In this document: positions 27,683-37,312 of the stretch, in pieces
Position numbering within the stretch: position 1 is the stretch's first letter
Layout of the letters: each line of letters starts with the position of its first letter
Assembly: GCA_964610055.1 (NCBI GenBank)
Contig: CAZSUC010000002.1
Span: 82,283-146,282 of the forward strand
DNA from: an uncultured Candidatus Saccharibacteria bacterium
GTDB lineage: Bacteria > Patescibacteriota > Andersenbacteria > UBA10190
DNA: 64,000 nucleotides
Direction of reading: 5' to 3'
Position numbers and translations under genes: made by a program
Notes under the pieces: model-generated
Told to the model about the DNA's origin: nothing
The model's input: the letters and a program-made list of their open reading frames with translations, nothing else
Databases searched by the model: none

Positions 27683-27690
27683 AACATAAG

Positions 27691-29112
27691 ATGGGCGCTG
27701 CGGTGAAACAAACCGCTTTTTTTTTATTGATTCTTTATAAAGTTATGCAGCAAGAAATGAATGTGAATCGGATTTTTCATAATGTAATGGCCGGTTTGAC
27801 GGTGAGTTTTGTGGCCTTAAGTTTAGGTGCGGCATTTGGATTATTGTCAGGAAGAGGGGCATTTGCGGGCATGATGTCAGCGGCAATTATTGCTAGCGTA
27901 ACGGCAGCTTTTGGTGGAACGCGTATTCAAACCTCAGGGCCAACAGGGCCAATGACGGCAGTAACGGCGGTGGCAGTAGCGGCGGCACATGATGGAATTA
28001 CTGCTGTCGGTACAAGTAACCCAGAACATTTTATTAATATAGTTGTGATATTGACCGGGGTGTGTTTATTGATAATGGGTGTGTTACGACTAGGTAAATT
28101 TATTACCTATGTACCAAATGTAGTTATATCTGGGTTTATGAATGGGATAGCTATTATTATTTGGATGGATCAGATAAAAAAGCTTTTTGGGTGGGGAGGA
28201 AAGGTTGCTTTTACAGGATCAGTGACAGTGAATGTCTGCGTGACGATCATAACTACAGTGTTAGTGTTTGGTTTGCCGGTGTTAGTACGACGATACTGGT
28301 CAAAAATGGCTAGTCTGTTATCTGGGACATTATTGGCGATTTTGATAATGACGGCTATAAGTGTGTGGTTGCATTTGCCAATTGAACATGTGTCTTTAAC
28401 TTCTTCCATTAAATCTTGGAATGATGCAGGGCAATTAATATTGTCCCAATGGCCACGAGATTGGTCTAAAGGTGTGTTGATGGCCGCTTTGCCATTTGCT
28501 TTACAATTGGCAGTGTTGGCATATTTAGACACTTTGTTAACGTCGTTAGTAATTGATAAAATGACTAGCGAACGGACTAGACAAAATAAAGAATTGATCG
28601 CGCAAGGATTTGGAGCGGCATTAGTAGGGTTAGTAGGAGGAATTCCTGGGGCGCAGGCAACAATCCGGTCAGTATTGATAGTAAAAGAAAAGGCGGATAT
28701 GCGTTTAGCTGGGATTATGGTAGGAGTCTTTGCTTTAGTTGAAATGTTGGCATTTCAGAATCTAATTAATTTAATTCCTCAGGCAGTGTTTGCAGGAGTG
28801 TTAATAAAAGTTGGTTATGATGTATTTGATTGGGTGCCAGTGAAACTGTATTTAAAAGAATTATTAAAAGGTAAAAGTGAGATGTGGCGTAATTTTTTAG
28901 CGCGGCATGATAGTAATCCAATATTTGTAACTAATCGAGAAATGTTAATGATTATTGGAACAACACTAGTGACAGTTTTGTTTGATTTAAATACGGCAGT
29001 TGGGGTGTTTACGGTGTTGTATTACGTATTAAATAAATGGTTAATGAAACAGAATCCAATGCGTGATTTGAAACCAGTCTTAGAGACTGAAGGAGTGGCA
29101 GACGAAGGGTAG
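27691..29112 (+). CDS. SulP-family inorganic anion transporter (no STAS domain evident)
   Basis: Sulfate_transp-like N-terminus (NVMAGLTVSFVALSLGAAFG..., GGTRIQTSGPTGPMTAVTA). Polytopic, 473 aa. The start is uncertain; downstream ATGs are possible. Confidence 0.75.
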   Translation: MGAAVKQTAFFLLILYKVMQQEMNVNRIFHNVMAGLTVSFVALSLGAAFGLLSGRGAFAGMMSAAIIASVTAAFGGTRIQTSGPTGPMTAVTAVAVAAAHDGITAVGTSNPEHFINIVVILTGVCLLIMGVLRLGKFITYVPNVVISGFMNGIAIIIWMDQIKKLFGWGGKVAFTGSVTVNVCVTIITTVLVFGLPVLVRRYWSKMASLLSGTLLAILIMTAISVWLHLPIEHVSLTSSIKSWNDAGQLILSQWPRDWSKGVLMAALPFALQLAVLAYLDTLLTSLVIDKMTSERTRQNKELIAQGFGAALVGLVGGIPGAQATIRSVLIVKEKADMRLAGIMVGVFALVEMLAFQNLINLIPQAVFAGVLIKVGYDVFDWVPVKLYLKELLKGKSEMWRNFLARHDSNPIFVTNREMLMIIGTTLVTVLFDLNTAVGVFTVLYYVLNKWLMKQNPMRDLKPVLETEGVADEG

Positions 29113-29169
29113 TTCTATGTAAGGGTGTGTAAGGGTGTGGTTCTTTGACAAGAAATAAAAGGGTTAACA

Positions 29170-29571
29170 ATGAGGAAGCAAGGTTCGTCGGTTGTTGTGA
29201 TTTGTGGTGACAATGCAATCGCGAGTGTTCGAGAGCAGATGGAAGAGCAGTTGTTTGGAGGGGTGCCGCACTATATTTGTGTGCCAGGTGGTCCTGTGCA
29301 GTTGTGTTTGGAGGAGTCCAGGGCAATTATTATGGATATGGTATTGTTTATGGTTGGTGCTAAAAAGGCAACGAGGGTTTTTTTAGTGATGCATGGTCCG
29401 AATTGTGGCATGGTGAATCATTGTTTGGGACATGCAGCTACTGCAGAAGAAGCTACTGAAGTGGCTCAGGATATTTTGCTTGCGTCTCGGAAGTATCTGA
29501 GTGGATTTTTGCCAGTTGGGGTAGACCTGCGAATACTGTATTTATCTCGTGGTCAGATTTGTGAGTTTTGA
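29170..29571 (+). CDS. hypothetical small Cys/His-rich protein
   Basis: 133 aa with conserved-looking VICGDNA, HYICVPGG and HGPNCGMVNHCLGH segments. No confident family assignment. Confidence 0.35.
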   Translation: MRKQGSSVVVICGDNAIASVREQMEEQLFGGVPHYICVPGGPVQLCLEESRAIIMDMVLFMVGAKKATRVFLVMHGPNCGMVNHCLGHAATAEEATEVAQDILLASRKYLSGFLPVGVDLRILYLSRGQICEF

Positions 29572-29618
29572 GTGATTTTGATGTGTAATACGATTACATG
29601 ATAATCAGAATCCTTGAT

Positions 29619-29642
29619 AGAGCGGTTTCATCCGCTCTTTTT
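29619..29642 (+). terminator. intrinsic terminator
   Basis: agagcgg-tttcat-ccgctct hairpin followed by TTTT. Confidence 0.6.
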
Positions 29643-29656
29643 GATATAATTAATAT

Positions 29657-29875
29657 ATGAGAATTGTAGTTACGGTAAAAACGAGAGCACGAGCGGAGAA
29701 GATTGAGAAAATAGATGACGGGCATTATCGCTTAGCGGTAAAAGCAGCGCCACAGGCAGGACAAGCAAACGAAGCGGTGTGTAAATTAGTTGCAAAATAT
29801 TTAAGAGTTGCGCCGAGTCGGGTGCATATTAAGTTGGGTAAAACAAGTAAAGAGAAGTTACTTGAAATAATTTAG
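29657..29875 (+). CDS. DUF167/YggU-family small protein
   Basis: MRIVVTVKTRARAEKIEKIDDGHYRLAVKAAPQAGQANEAV...HIKLG, 72 aa. Confidence 0.65.
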   Translation: MRIVVTVKTRARAEKIEKIDDGHYRLAVKAAPQAGQANEAVCKLVAKYLRVAPSRVHIKLGKTSKEKLLEII

Positions 29876-30816
29876 TGAAATGGTTAGATAATAGTATGCA
29901 AGAAATTGGTGTAGGTATAGATGCGGGGGGAACATGGATAAAAGCGGGAGTAGTGTCAGTTGCTGGAGAAGTATTAGGCATGGTGAAGGTTGAAAGCGGG
30001 GCGGCGCAGGGAAGAATTGAATATATTAAGAGTATTGATCGGGCAATACAAGAACTTACTGATCAGTATGTGGAAGCAAAATCAAAAAACATGCCGATTG
30101 GATTGGCTATACCGGCTTTGTTAACAACGGATCGACGAGCGATCAGGGCAATGGCAAATGTGAAAGGGTTAGAAAGTTTGGAGGCGCCTGTGAGCGTACG
30201 TGAACTATTAGCTGGAAGTGAGTGGGCAGAACGGGTGAAGATAGTGGAGAATGACGCTGGGGCAGCGGCGTGGGCGGAATGGAAAAAAGCTGGAAGCAAT
30301 ACGAACGAAAAAATGTTATTAGTCACTTGGGGAACTGGAATTGGTACGGCGTTAATATCAAATGGATGTAATCAGTCAGGATGGGAGGGTGGTCATATTC
30401 CGATTGAGAGTAGTAAAGGAGATGTTTTAGAGAAAAAAGTGGCAGTACCAGCGATTATAAAGCGAGTGGCAGACAGGATGAAAATAACAAACGATATGAA
30501 CGAAGCGCCTAAACAGATATTACAGGCAGCGATAAAAGGTGATCTGGTTTGTCGTGAAGAAATTTATCGGGCAGCGGAATGGCTAGCGTGGGGGATTCAA
30601 GTGTGGTCGGTGATCGCTTGTCCAGATATGGTGCGGTTAGGAGGAGCTTTCGTGGCAGATGATTGGATTGTTGAGGAAGTACGCGCGGCGTTGGATCGAG
30701 TTGATAATGATTTTATGCGTATGGTCATTAAGCCGGAAATGGTGCAGAAGGCGGCGTTAGGAAATCAAGCAGGTATAGTGGGAGCGGCACAATTGGCGTT
30801 AGGTTCGGGTGATTGA
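29875..30816 (+). CDS. ROK/BadF-type sugar kinase (glucokinase/N-acetylglucosamine-kinase-like)
   Basis: IGVGIDAGGTWIKAGVV N-terminal phosphate-1 motif of the ASKHA fold, and GTGIGTALI. No ROK zinc motif is present, so the subfamily is uncertain. Confidence 0.55.
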   Translation: MKWLDNSMQEIGVGIDAGGTWIKAGVVSVAGEVLGMVKVESGAAQGRIEYIKSIDRAIQELTDQYVEAKSKNMPIGLAIPALLTTDRRAIRAMANVKGLESLEAPVSVRELLAGSEWAERVKIVENDAGAAAWAEWKKAGSNTNEKMLLVTWGTGIGTALISNGCNQSGWEGGHIPIESSKGDVLEKKVAVPAIIKRVADRMKITNDMNEAPKQILQAAIKGDLVCREEIYRAAEWLAWGIQVWSVIACPDMVRLGGAFVADDWIVEEVRAALDRVDNDFMRMVIKPEMVQKAALGNQAGIVGAAQLALGSGD

Positions 30817-31562
30817 GTCGGTAATAAATCTTTGTCGATAGCTACTTGACTGGATAAGGCTTGCATGATTTCGGTGACAACAGCATGAACAGGCAGAACG
30901 TTTAAGACCTGAGGTGTAACTGCTTGGGAATGGAAAGGAGTGTCAACGGCGGAAGGGGCAATGCGATGAATTAATAATTTCTTTTGGCGCACTAAAGGAC
31001 TGTGGCGGTAACCCATAATAATTTTATCGAGGGCGGCTTTAGTGGCGATATAGTGCCAAGCGTGCAACCAAGGCGGGCAAGTCTCAGGTGTTAGTCGAGT
31101 AACAGCGGAGCTTAATGCAACAACATGGCCATGATCTTGAATGTGCCGCAGAAAATTGCGGCCAACATTCATAAAACCAGTGACGTAAAGACGAAAATCA
31201 TGTTCCATTTTTTCATTACTGATTTCATAAAGTGGAGTTGAGACCTCGTGTGTAAATCCGCCAGGTGGACAGGCGCCAACAGCGTAAATGACAGCTTGAA
31301 GGCGAGCGCCAGTGTAGGCGTGTCGAAGACGAATTTCTTTTTCGAGCTGAGTGAGGGAGTGTTGATTAAGAACATCAACTGTATAAGTGGTGAGACGACG
31401 ATTTAGTTCAGGGCGAGTATTAGTAAGATTTTGGCGTAGCTGGAGAAGATCATTTTCGGAGTTAGCGGCGACAATGGTGCGGTAGCCTTGCGCACATAAT
31501 TCATAAGTAATAGCTCGACCTAAAGATCCGGCGCCAAAGACGAGAACGTAATTATTAGACAT
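30765..31562 (-). CDS. short-chain dehydrogenase/reductase (SDR) family oxidoreductase
   Basis: Start placed at the internal ATG (MSNNYVLVFGAGSLGRA Rossmann motif). Catalytic S (ALSSAVT) and YIATK (YxxxK). It overlaps the 3' end of the kinase gene on the opposite strand. Confidence 0.65.
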   Translation of the reverse strand: MSNNYVLVFGAGSLGRAITYELCAQGYRTIVAANSENDLLQLRQNLTNTRPELNRRLTTYTVDVLNQHSLTQLEKEIRLRHAYTGARLQAVIYAVGACPPGGFTHEVSTPLYEISNEKMEHDFRLYVTGFMNVGRNFLRHIQDHGHVVALSSAVTRLTPETCPPWLHAWHYIATKAALDKIIMGYRHSPLVRQKKLLIHRIAPSAVDTPFHSQAVTPQVLNVLPVHAVVTEIMQALSSQVAIDKDLLPTQSPEPNANCAAPTIPA

Positions 31563-31740
31563 AAGATGTGTATAGATAATTGTCAGAAGATTATAACATT
31601 TTATGACATGTTGATATAAAATAGCAAAATCTTGATATTTAAGGGCTTGTTGGGCAAAATTAAGATGATGTTTGTTTATAAAAAATTTTGACAAAGTATA
31701 TAATTTTCCACAGGATGTTTGATTAGTGTAGGATAAAAGC

Positions 31741-33450
31741 ATGATTATTAACCTGAAAAAAGCTTTAACAGAGGATGTGACGCTGGGACTGAAGGCAGCG
31801 AATGAAAAGTATGGATGGAAAATTGATAAGACGGATTTGCCGACAGTAATTGTGACTCATTCACAAGGGGCGGGACGTGGTGATTATGCTTCGCCAGTGG
31901 CGTTGTCTTTAGCAAAGAAAACGGGATTAAATCCAATGGAGGTGGTGGAGAAGATTGCGGAGCAGATGTTGAAGAAAGAATATGTTGGGAAGTTAGAAGC
32001 AGCGGCGCCAGGGTTTTTGAATATTTGGATTAATCCAGGCTGGATGACGGCGCGCTTAGACGACATGATTGAACAGAATATGTGTGGATTGACGGGTGAA
32101 AGGCAGGCGAAGAGATATAATTTAGAATTTATCTCAGCAAATCCGACTGGTCCCATTACATTAGGCAATGCACGAACGGCGTTTAGCGTAGACACTTTAG
32201 GCAGAGTCTTAGAGTGTGCAGGGGATGTAGTAGTGCGTGAATATTATATCAATGATGGCGGGGAGCAGGTACGAAAGCTGGGTGAATCAGTGTTGCGGCG
32301 AATTTTGCAAGCGCAGGGGGAAAAAGTTGAGTATCCAGAAGAGATGTATCAAGGGGAATATATAAAAGATGTGGGAGCGGTGTTGGCGGAGCAACTGCGC
32401 GAGGATGAAGGAAAAGAATATGAGCCAGGTGATTTAGATAATGCCGAGGTGATTGGTTCAGTCGGTGACAAGGCGGCGGCGATGCTTATGAATAAGATTA
32501 AACAAATGATTACGGATGCGTTACGGATTAAGTTTGATGTATGGACAAGTGAGAAGACTTTACGGGCATCGGGTAAGGTAGATGCCGTGCGTAAATTATT
32601 GGAGGAAAAAGGTGCTTTGTATGAAAAAGAAGGGGCGGTGTACTTAAAGACCACGACCCAGGGTGATAGCGAAGATCGGATATTTGTAAAAAGTAACGGA
32701 GCGTATGCGTATATTGCGCCGGATGTGGCTTATCATGTTGATAAATATGAACGTGGTTTTGACGAAATCTTTACTTTTGTAGGAGCGGATCATCAAGGGC
32801 ATGGACCGAAGTTAGCAGCAGCTCTGAAGATGGCCGGGTTTGATACTAATAAATTACATGTAGTAGCGGCGCAGTGGATGCAGATGGTTCAAGGCGGCAA
32901 ATCGGTAAAGTTATCAAAACGTAAGGGAGTGTTGTACACACCGGCTGAACTAATTGATGAAGTTGGTTATGATGCGGCGCGATTTTTCATGGTTCAGCAT
33001 GCTTTAACAACGCATATGGAGTTCGATTTGGATTTAGCGAAAGAGCGGAGTGAGCGTAACCCGGTTTATTATGTTCAGTATGCGTATGTAAGGATACAGT
33101 CAATTTTACGGCGAGCCAAAGAAGGCGGGTTGGTGGAAGGAATAGGAGAAGGAGTGCGGCTTTCAAGTCATAGTAAATTAACCTATGAACATGAATTAGA
33201 AGTGTTGCGGCGGATGTATGAATTTAGAGAAGTGGTTGACGATATTGCGGAGACGTTAGAAGTGCATCGATTACCTTATTACGCCGTAGAGTTAGCGCGT
33301 TCAGTGCATGCTTTTTATCGGAATGTGCCGGTATTGGCGGAAGAGAATGAAGAAGTGCGGCGAGGCCGGTTACAATTGGTGCTAGGAGCACGCAAGGTCT
33401 TAGGGCAAACACTAGATTTACTAGGAATTAGCAAACCAGAAGTGATGTAA
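31741..33450 (+). CDS. argS: arginine--tRNA ligase
   Basis: SANPTGPITLGNARTA (HIGH-class motif of ArgRS), DALR-type C-terminus, 569 aa. Confidence 0.95.
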   Translation: MIINLKKALTEDVTLGLKAANEKYGWKIDKTDLPTVIVTHSQGAGRGDYASPVALSLAKKTGLNPMEVVEKIAEQMLKKEYVGKLEAAAPGFLNIWINPGWMTARLDDMIEQNMCGLTGERQAKRYNLEFISANPTGPITLGNARTAFSVDTLGRVLECAGDVVVREYYINDGGEQVRKLGESVLRRILQAQGEKVEYPEEMYQGEYIKDVGAVLAEQLREDEGKEYEPGDLDNAEVIGSVGDKAAAMLMNKIKQMITDALRIKFDVWTSEKTLRASGKVDAVRKLLEEKGALYEKEGAVYLKTTTQGDSEDRIFVKSNGAYAYIAPDVAYHVDKYERGFDEIFTFVGADHQGHGPKLAAALKMAGFDTNKLHVVAAQWMQMVQGGKSVKLSKRKGVLYTPAELIDEVGYDAARFFMVQHALTTHMEFDLDLAKERSERNPVYYVQYAYVRIQSILRRAKEGGLVEGIGEGVRLSSHSKLTYEHELEVLRRMYEFREVVDDIAETLEVHRLPYYAVELARSVHAFYRNVPVLAEENEEVRRGRLQLVLGARKVLGQTLDLLGISKPEVM

Positions 33451-33496
33451 GGGGGAAAAATTATGAAGCAACTATGAGGACGACCTGGTTTACGGG

Positions 33497-34258
33497 TTGG
33501 CTGAATTAGACTACGCTGGAGATATGAGGATTGGAATTGACGCGCATATTATTTTGCCGAAGCATAAGCGGTATAATCCTAAAATTGCGCGGTATACGGA
33601 AAATTTAATACGGAATCTGATAGACTCTGATACAAAACACGAACATACCTGGGTTCTGTTTTTTGACGAGAGAATGGATGACCAGCAGTATTTAGATAAG
33701 TTTAAACAACCGAATGTTGAGATTAGACGGTTTCCGTTTGTGCAATATCGTCGCTATTTGCCGGTTGTTTATTCTCACATGTTGATTTCGGCATTTTTGC
33801 GGTCGGCGCATCTGGATGTTTTTCATTCTCCAGAGGGTTTAATTCCTTTTCTGTATTCAGGGCACATTGTCGCGAGCTTCCATTATGTGCCGCGAGGAGC
33901 GATGGAAAGCAGCTTGTTTGCTCGGACATTTATGATGGGGGCGCGAGTGGCGTTTGCGCAGTTGTGTCGAAGAGCATGGCGCATTGTGGTGAATACGAGA
34001 AATGATAAAAAGTTGTTGGTGGAGCGACATCACTACCCTAAGGATCAGGTGGTTTTAATTGAAGAAGAGGACATGGAGAGAATTGATTGGCCGCGAAGAG
34101 TTAAGATTTTAATGAAGGTTTATAAGGAGGCGTTAAAGAAGGAAGTGCGAAAAACTAAGACTAAGCCTCAAAAAGAACCTAAGCCGGCTAAGAAAAAAGC
34201 ACGTAAGTCAGGACGAGCAAAAAAATCACAGTCAAAGAGTAAAAAACGGCGGAAATAA
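33497..34258 (+). CDS. hypothetical protein: GT4-like N-terminal half fused to a Lys-rich basic tail
   Basis: The MRIGIDAHIIL...DVFHSPEGLIPF start resembles the N-domain of group-1 glycosyltransferases. The C-terminal roughly 60 aa is K/R-rich (KTKTKPQKEPKPAKKKARKSGRAKKSQSKSKKRRK). Confidence 0.4.
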   Translation: MAELDYAGDMRIGIDAHIILPKHKRYNPKIARYTENLIRNLIDSDTKHEHTWVLFFDERMDDQQYLDKFKQPNVEIRRFPFVQYRRYLPVVYSHMLISAFLRSAHLDVFHSPEGLIPFLYSGHIVASFHYVPRGAMESSLFARTFMMGARVAFAQLCRRAWRIVVNTRNDKKLLVERHHYPKDQVVLIEEEDMERIDWPRRVKILMKVYKEALKKEVRKTKTKPQKEPKPAKKKARKSGRAKKSQSKSKKRRK

Positions 34259-34317
34259 AGGGGTGTTTGAATAAGGAGTCAGGTTGACCTACAGTAGGTT
34301 TACGAGGTTATTTTTTT

Positions 34318-37287
34318 ATGTCTAAAAAAGATTCACAATTTAATTTTCGAGACGTGCCAGCTTGGGTGGAGAGTGAGCAATTAGAGCAGGGCATATTGGA
34401 CTATTGGGATAAAGAGCAAATTTTTGCCAAAATTTTGCAGGCGACTGCTGAGAAAGAATTATTCTCTTTTTACGATGGCCCACCTTATGCAACTGGCAAG
34501 CCTCATTATGGGCATATTTTGCAGTCAGCGATTAAGGATACGGTCTTACGTTATAAGACGATGAGAGGATATTATGTTCCGCGGAGAGTAGGTTGGGATT
34601 GTCATGGTTTACCGGTTGAGACTTTGGTAGAAAAAGAATTGGAATTTAAGAGCAAGAAGGATATTGAGCAGTATGGTGTGGGGGAATTTAATCGTCGCTG
34701 TCGTGAGACTGTATTCCGGTATATTGATGATTTTACGCAAACATTGCAGCGAGTAGGACGATGGTCGCAGTATGACCAGGCTTACGCCACTTTGGATCAG
34801 AAATACATGGAAACAGAATGGTGGGTGTTTAAGCAGTTGTGGGAACAAGGACTGATTTATGAAGCGTTTCGAACTACGCCGTATTGTGTGCGCTGCGCGA
34901 CTCCGCTATCAAATTTTGAAGTTAGCATGGCGTATAAAGATAAGACGGACGTGGCGGTTTATGTGGCTTTTCCAGTAGTTGGAACAAATGATTTACACCT
35001 ATTAGTTTGGACAACAACGCCATGGACTTTGCCCGGCAATGCGGGAGTGGCGTATAACCCGGAGATCAAATATGTGATCGTGAAACAAGGAGAGCGGCGG
35101 TTTGTGGTAGCAGCTGATCGGGTCGGGGTCTTGTTTGGTGAGGAGGGTGAGATTGAGCGAGAGCTTAAAAATGAAGAATGGTCAGAGATGCGGTATCAGG
35201 CGCCATACGGAGAAACGTTAGAAAAGTTAGGAATTGATGCGAGTAAGGCATTCCGAGTTGTGCCGGGTGAACATGTGACTGCTCAAGATGGAACTGGTTT
35301 AGTGCATACCGCACCGGCATTTGGAGAAGAAGATGCTTTAGTGGGAGAAAAGGAAGGTTTACCAGTCGTGAAGACGGTGGATGGAGCAGGTAAGTTTTAC
35401 TCCGCAGTTCCTCAATGGGGTGGCCAATTTATTTTTAAAGCGAACGGAGCGATTGTATCGAATTTACAAGAGCGTAATTGGTTATGGAAATCAGAACCGC
35501 ATAAACATAGTTATCCGCACTGTTGGCGATGTGATCAGCCTTTGATTTATTACGCTTTGGATAGTTGGTTTGTGCGAGTACAGGAATTGAAAGATAAGAT
35601 GATTGCTTTGAACGAAGGAATTACTTGGATTCCAGAACATATTAAACACGGACGTTTTGGCAAAGGAATGGAGATGGCGCCGGATTGGGCAGTGTCGCGG
35701 AATAGATTTTGGAGCGTACCGTTGCCGGTTTGGAAGTGTGATAAATGTCAGGCAACGGAATGTACAGGGAGCATTGATGAGCTGAAAGTAAAAACCGGAT
35801 TAAATGAGATAGATGATCTGCACCGTCCAGGAGTAGATGCGTATACATGGACGTGTGATAAGTGCGGTGGGATGATGAAGCGTGTCAGTGAAGTATTAGA
35901 TGTTTGGTTTGATTCAGCTTGTATGCCGTATGCGCAATGGCATTATCCATTTGATAATCAAGAGGTAGTAAAGAAAACTTTTCCGGCTGATTTTATTGGC
36001 GAGGCAATTGATCAAACGCGAGCGTGGTTTTACGTTCTGCATGTGATTGCGACTGCTTTAACAAGAAAAGATCTTGGGCTAGGCAAGGACCATGCGGCTT
36101 ATAAAAATGTAATCGCTTCCGGATTGATTTTTGCGGAAGATGGACAAAAATTATCCAAGAAATTGAAAAATTACCCGGAGCCGGAGCCGACAATTGCGAA
36201 GTACGGAGCGGATACATTACGACTGTATTTGTTGACGAGCACGAGCTTAGGAGAGCCGTATCGATTTTCGGAAAAGGAATTACAACAATTAAAGCGCGGT
36301 ACGTTTGCAACTTTTTGGAATGTGTATAGTTTTTTTGTGAGATATGCTAACACGCATAAGTGGCAACCGGGGCAAGATCAAGTAAGCCAAGCGATGCTAG
36401 ATGTGTGGTTGAAAGCGCGGTTTAAGCAGCTTAAGGCAGGATTGTTAGAGAAGATGGATAAATATCAGTTAGACAGTGCGGCAAGAATGTTACCGGAATT
36501 TATTGATGATCTAAGTAATTGGTATGTGCGACGTTCTCGTAATAGATTCCAGCGTCCTAAAGATGCGACTATGCGCGAGGAGGCTTTTGGAACGTTGTAT
36601 CAAATTCTAACTGAATTAGTCGAAATTATGGCTCCGTTTATGCCGTTTGTAACTGAAGAAGTATATCGCAATTTAACTGGGGCAGAGTCGGTGCACATGG
36701 TAGAGATTAGTGACCAGAATTTAGAGTTAAACGAAGAAGAAAAGCATTTGTTGGATGAAATGCGTAAAGTTAGGACAGCAGTTTCGGAAGGATTAGCATT
36801 ACGTGCGCGGGCGGGAATTAAAGTGAGGCAACCTCTGGCTCGAATGTATGTTCAGGAAGAGATTAGTTCAGATGAATTACGAGAGATTATTAAAGAAGAA
36901 GTGAACGTTAAGGATGTTGTAACACAAGCAGTTTTACCGGATGACAAAAGTTTTGTTGTAAGTATAGAAGAGGCACGTGTAAAAGTTGCCTTAGATATTG
37001 ATATTACTTCAGAGCTAAAACAGGAAGGCTGGGCACGGGAATTAGTGCGGCATGGTCAGCAATTACGACGGCAAGCAGGATATGCGTTGAATGAGCGGAT
37101 CAGAGTGGCAATTGTAAGTGACAATGAAATGGTAACGGGAGTATTAGATAATTTTGGTGATTATATTGCTAACGCTTTACAGGCAGATGTGCTTGAACGC
37201 GAATTGTTAGATGTTAATGATGTTGATCGAGAGGTGCAATTAGAATCGGGCGTCAAAATTAAGCTAGCTGTTTGCCGCAAAAAATAA
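34318..37287 (+). CDS. ileS: isoleucine--tRNA ligase (type 2)
   Basis: PPYATGKPHYGHIL (HIGH), WDCHGLPVE, DWAVSRNRFWSVPLPVW and KLSKKLKN (KMSKS). 989 aa. Confidence 0.85.
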   Translation: MSKKDSQFNFRDVPAWVESEQLEQGILDYWDKEQIFAKILQATAEKELFSFYDGPPYATGKPHYGHILQSAIKDTVLRYKTMRGYYVPRRVGWDCHGLPVETLVEKELEFKSKKDIEQYGVGEFNRRCRETVFRYIDDFTQTLQRVGRWSQYDQAYATLDQKYMETEWWVFKQLWEQGLIYEAFRTTPYCVRCATPLSNFEVSMAYKDKTDVAVYVAFPVVGTNDLHLLVWTTTPWTLPGNAGVAYNPEIKYVIVKQGERRFVVAADRVGVLFGEEGEIERELKNEEWSEMRYQAPYGETLEKLGIDASKAFRVVPGEHVTAQDGTGLVHTAPAFGEEDALVGEKEGLPVVKTVDGAGKFYSAVPQWGGQFIFKANGAIVSNLQERNWLWKSEPHKHSYPHCWRCDQPLIYYALDSWFVRVQELKDKMIALNEGITWIPEHIKHGRFGKGMEMAPDWAVSRNRFWSVPLPVWKCDKCQATECTGSIDELKVKTGLNEIDDLHRPGVDAYTWTCDKCGGMMKRVSEVLDVWFDSACMPYAQWHYPFDNQEVVKKTFPADFIGEAIDQTRAWFYVLHVIATALTRKDLGLGKDHAAYKNVIASGLIFAEDGQKLSKKLKNYPEPEPTIAKYGADTLRLYLLTSTSLGEPYRFSEKELQQLKRGTFATFWNVYSFFVRYANTHKWQPGQDQVSQAMLDVWLKARFKQLKAGLLEKMDKYQLDSAARMLPEFIDDLSNWYVRRSRNRFQRPKDATMREEAFGTLYQILTELVEIMAPFMPFVTEEVYRNLTGAESVHMVEISDQNLELNEEEKHLLDEMRKVRTAVSEGLALRARAGIKVRQPLARMYVQEEISSDELREIIKEEVNVKDVVTQAVLPDDKSFVVSIEEARVKVALDIDITSELKQEGWARELVRHGQQLRRQAGYALNERIRVAIVSDNEMVTGVLDNFGDYIANALQADVLERELLDVNDVDREVQLESGVKIKLAVCRKK

Positions 37288-37312
37288 GAGTGGCGTGGTA
37301 TAATAAGGGGAT

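Noticed and set aside
25740-27700. Possible integrase or att duplication marking a prophage or genomic island at the tmRNA 3' end
   Set aside because: I searched the next 2 kb for a direct repeat of the ssrA 3' end (TTCAATTCCGCCCATGTCC). There is none, and no integrase-like ORF is present, so only a cargo-like islet is reported.
28170-28532. 120-aa minus-strand ORF inside the SulP gene
   Set aside because: It is antisense to a conserved transporter gene, so it is a shadow ORF.
29170-29571. Assignment of the 133-aa ORF as a beta-carbonic anhydrase (a frequent SulP partner)
   Set aside because: It has a HGPNCG element, but it lacks the CxDxR dyad motif and has the wrong length and spacing for beta-CA, so it is left as a hypothetical protein.
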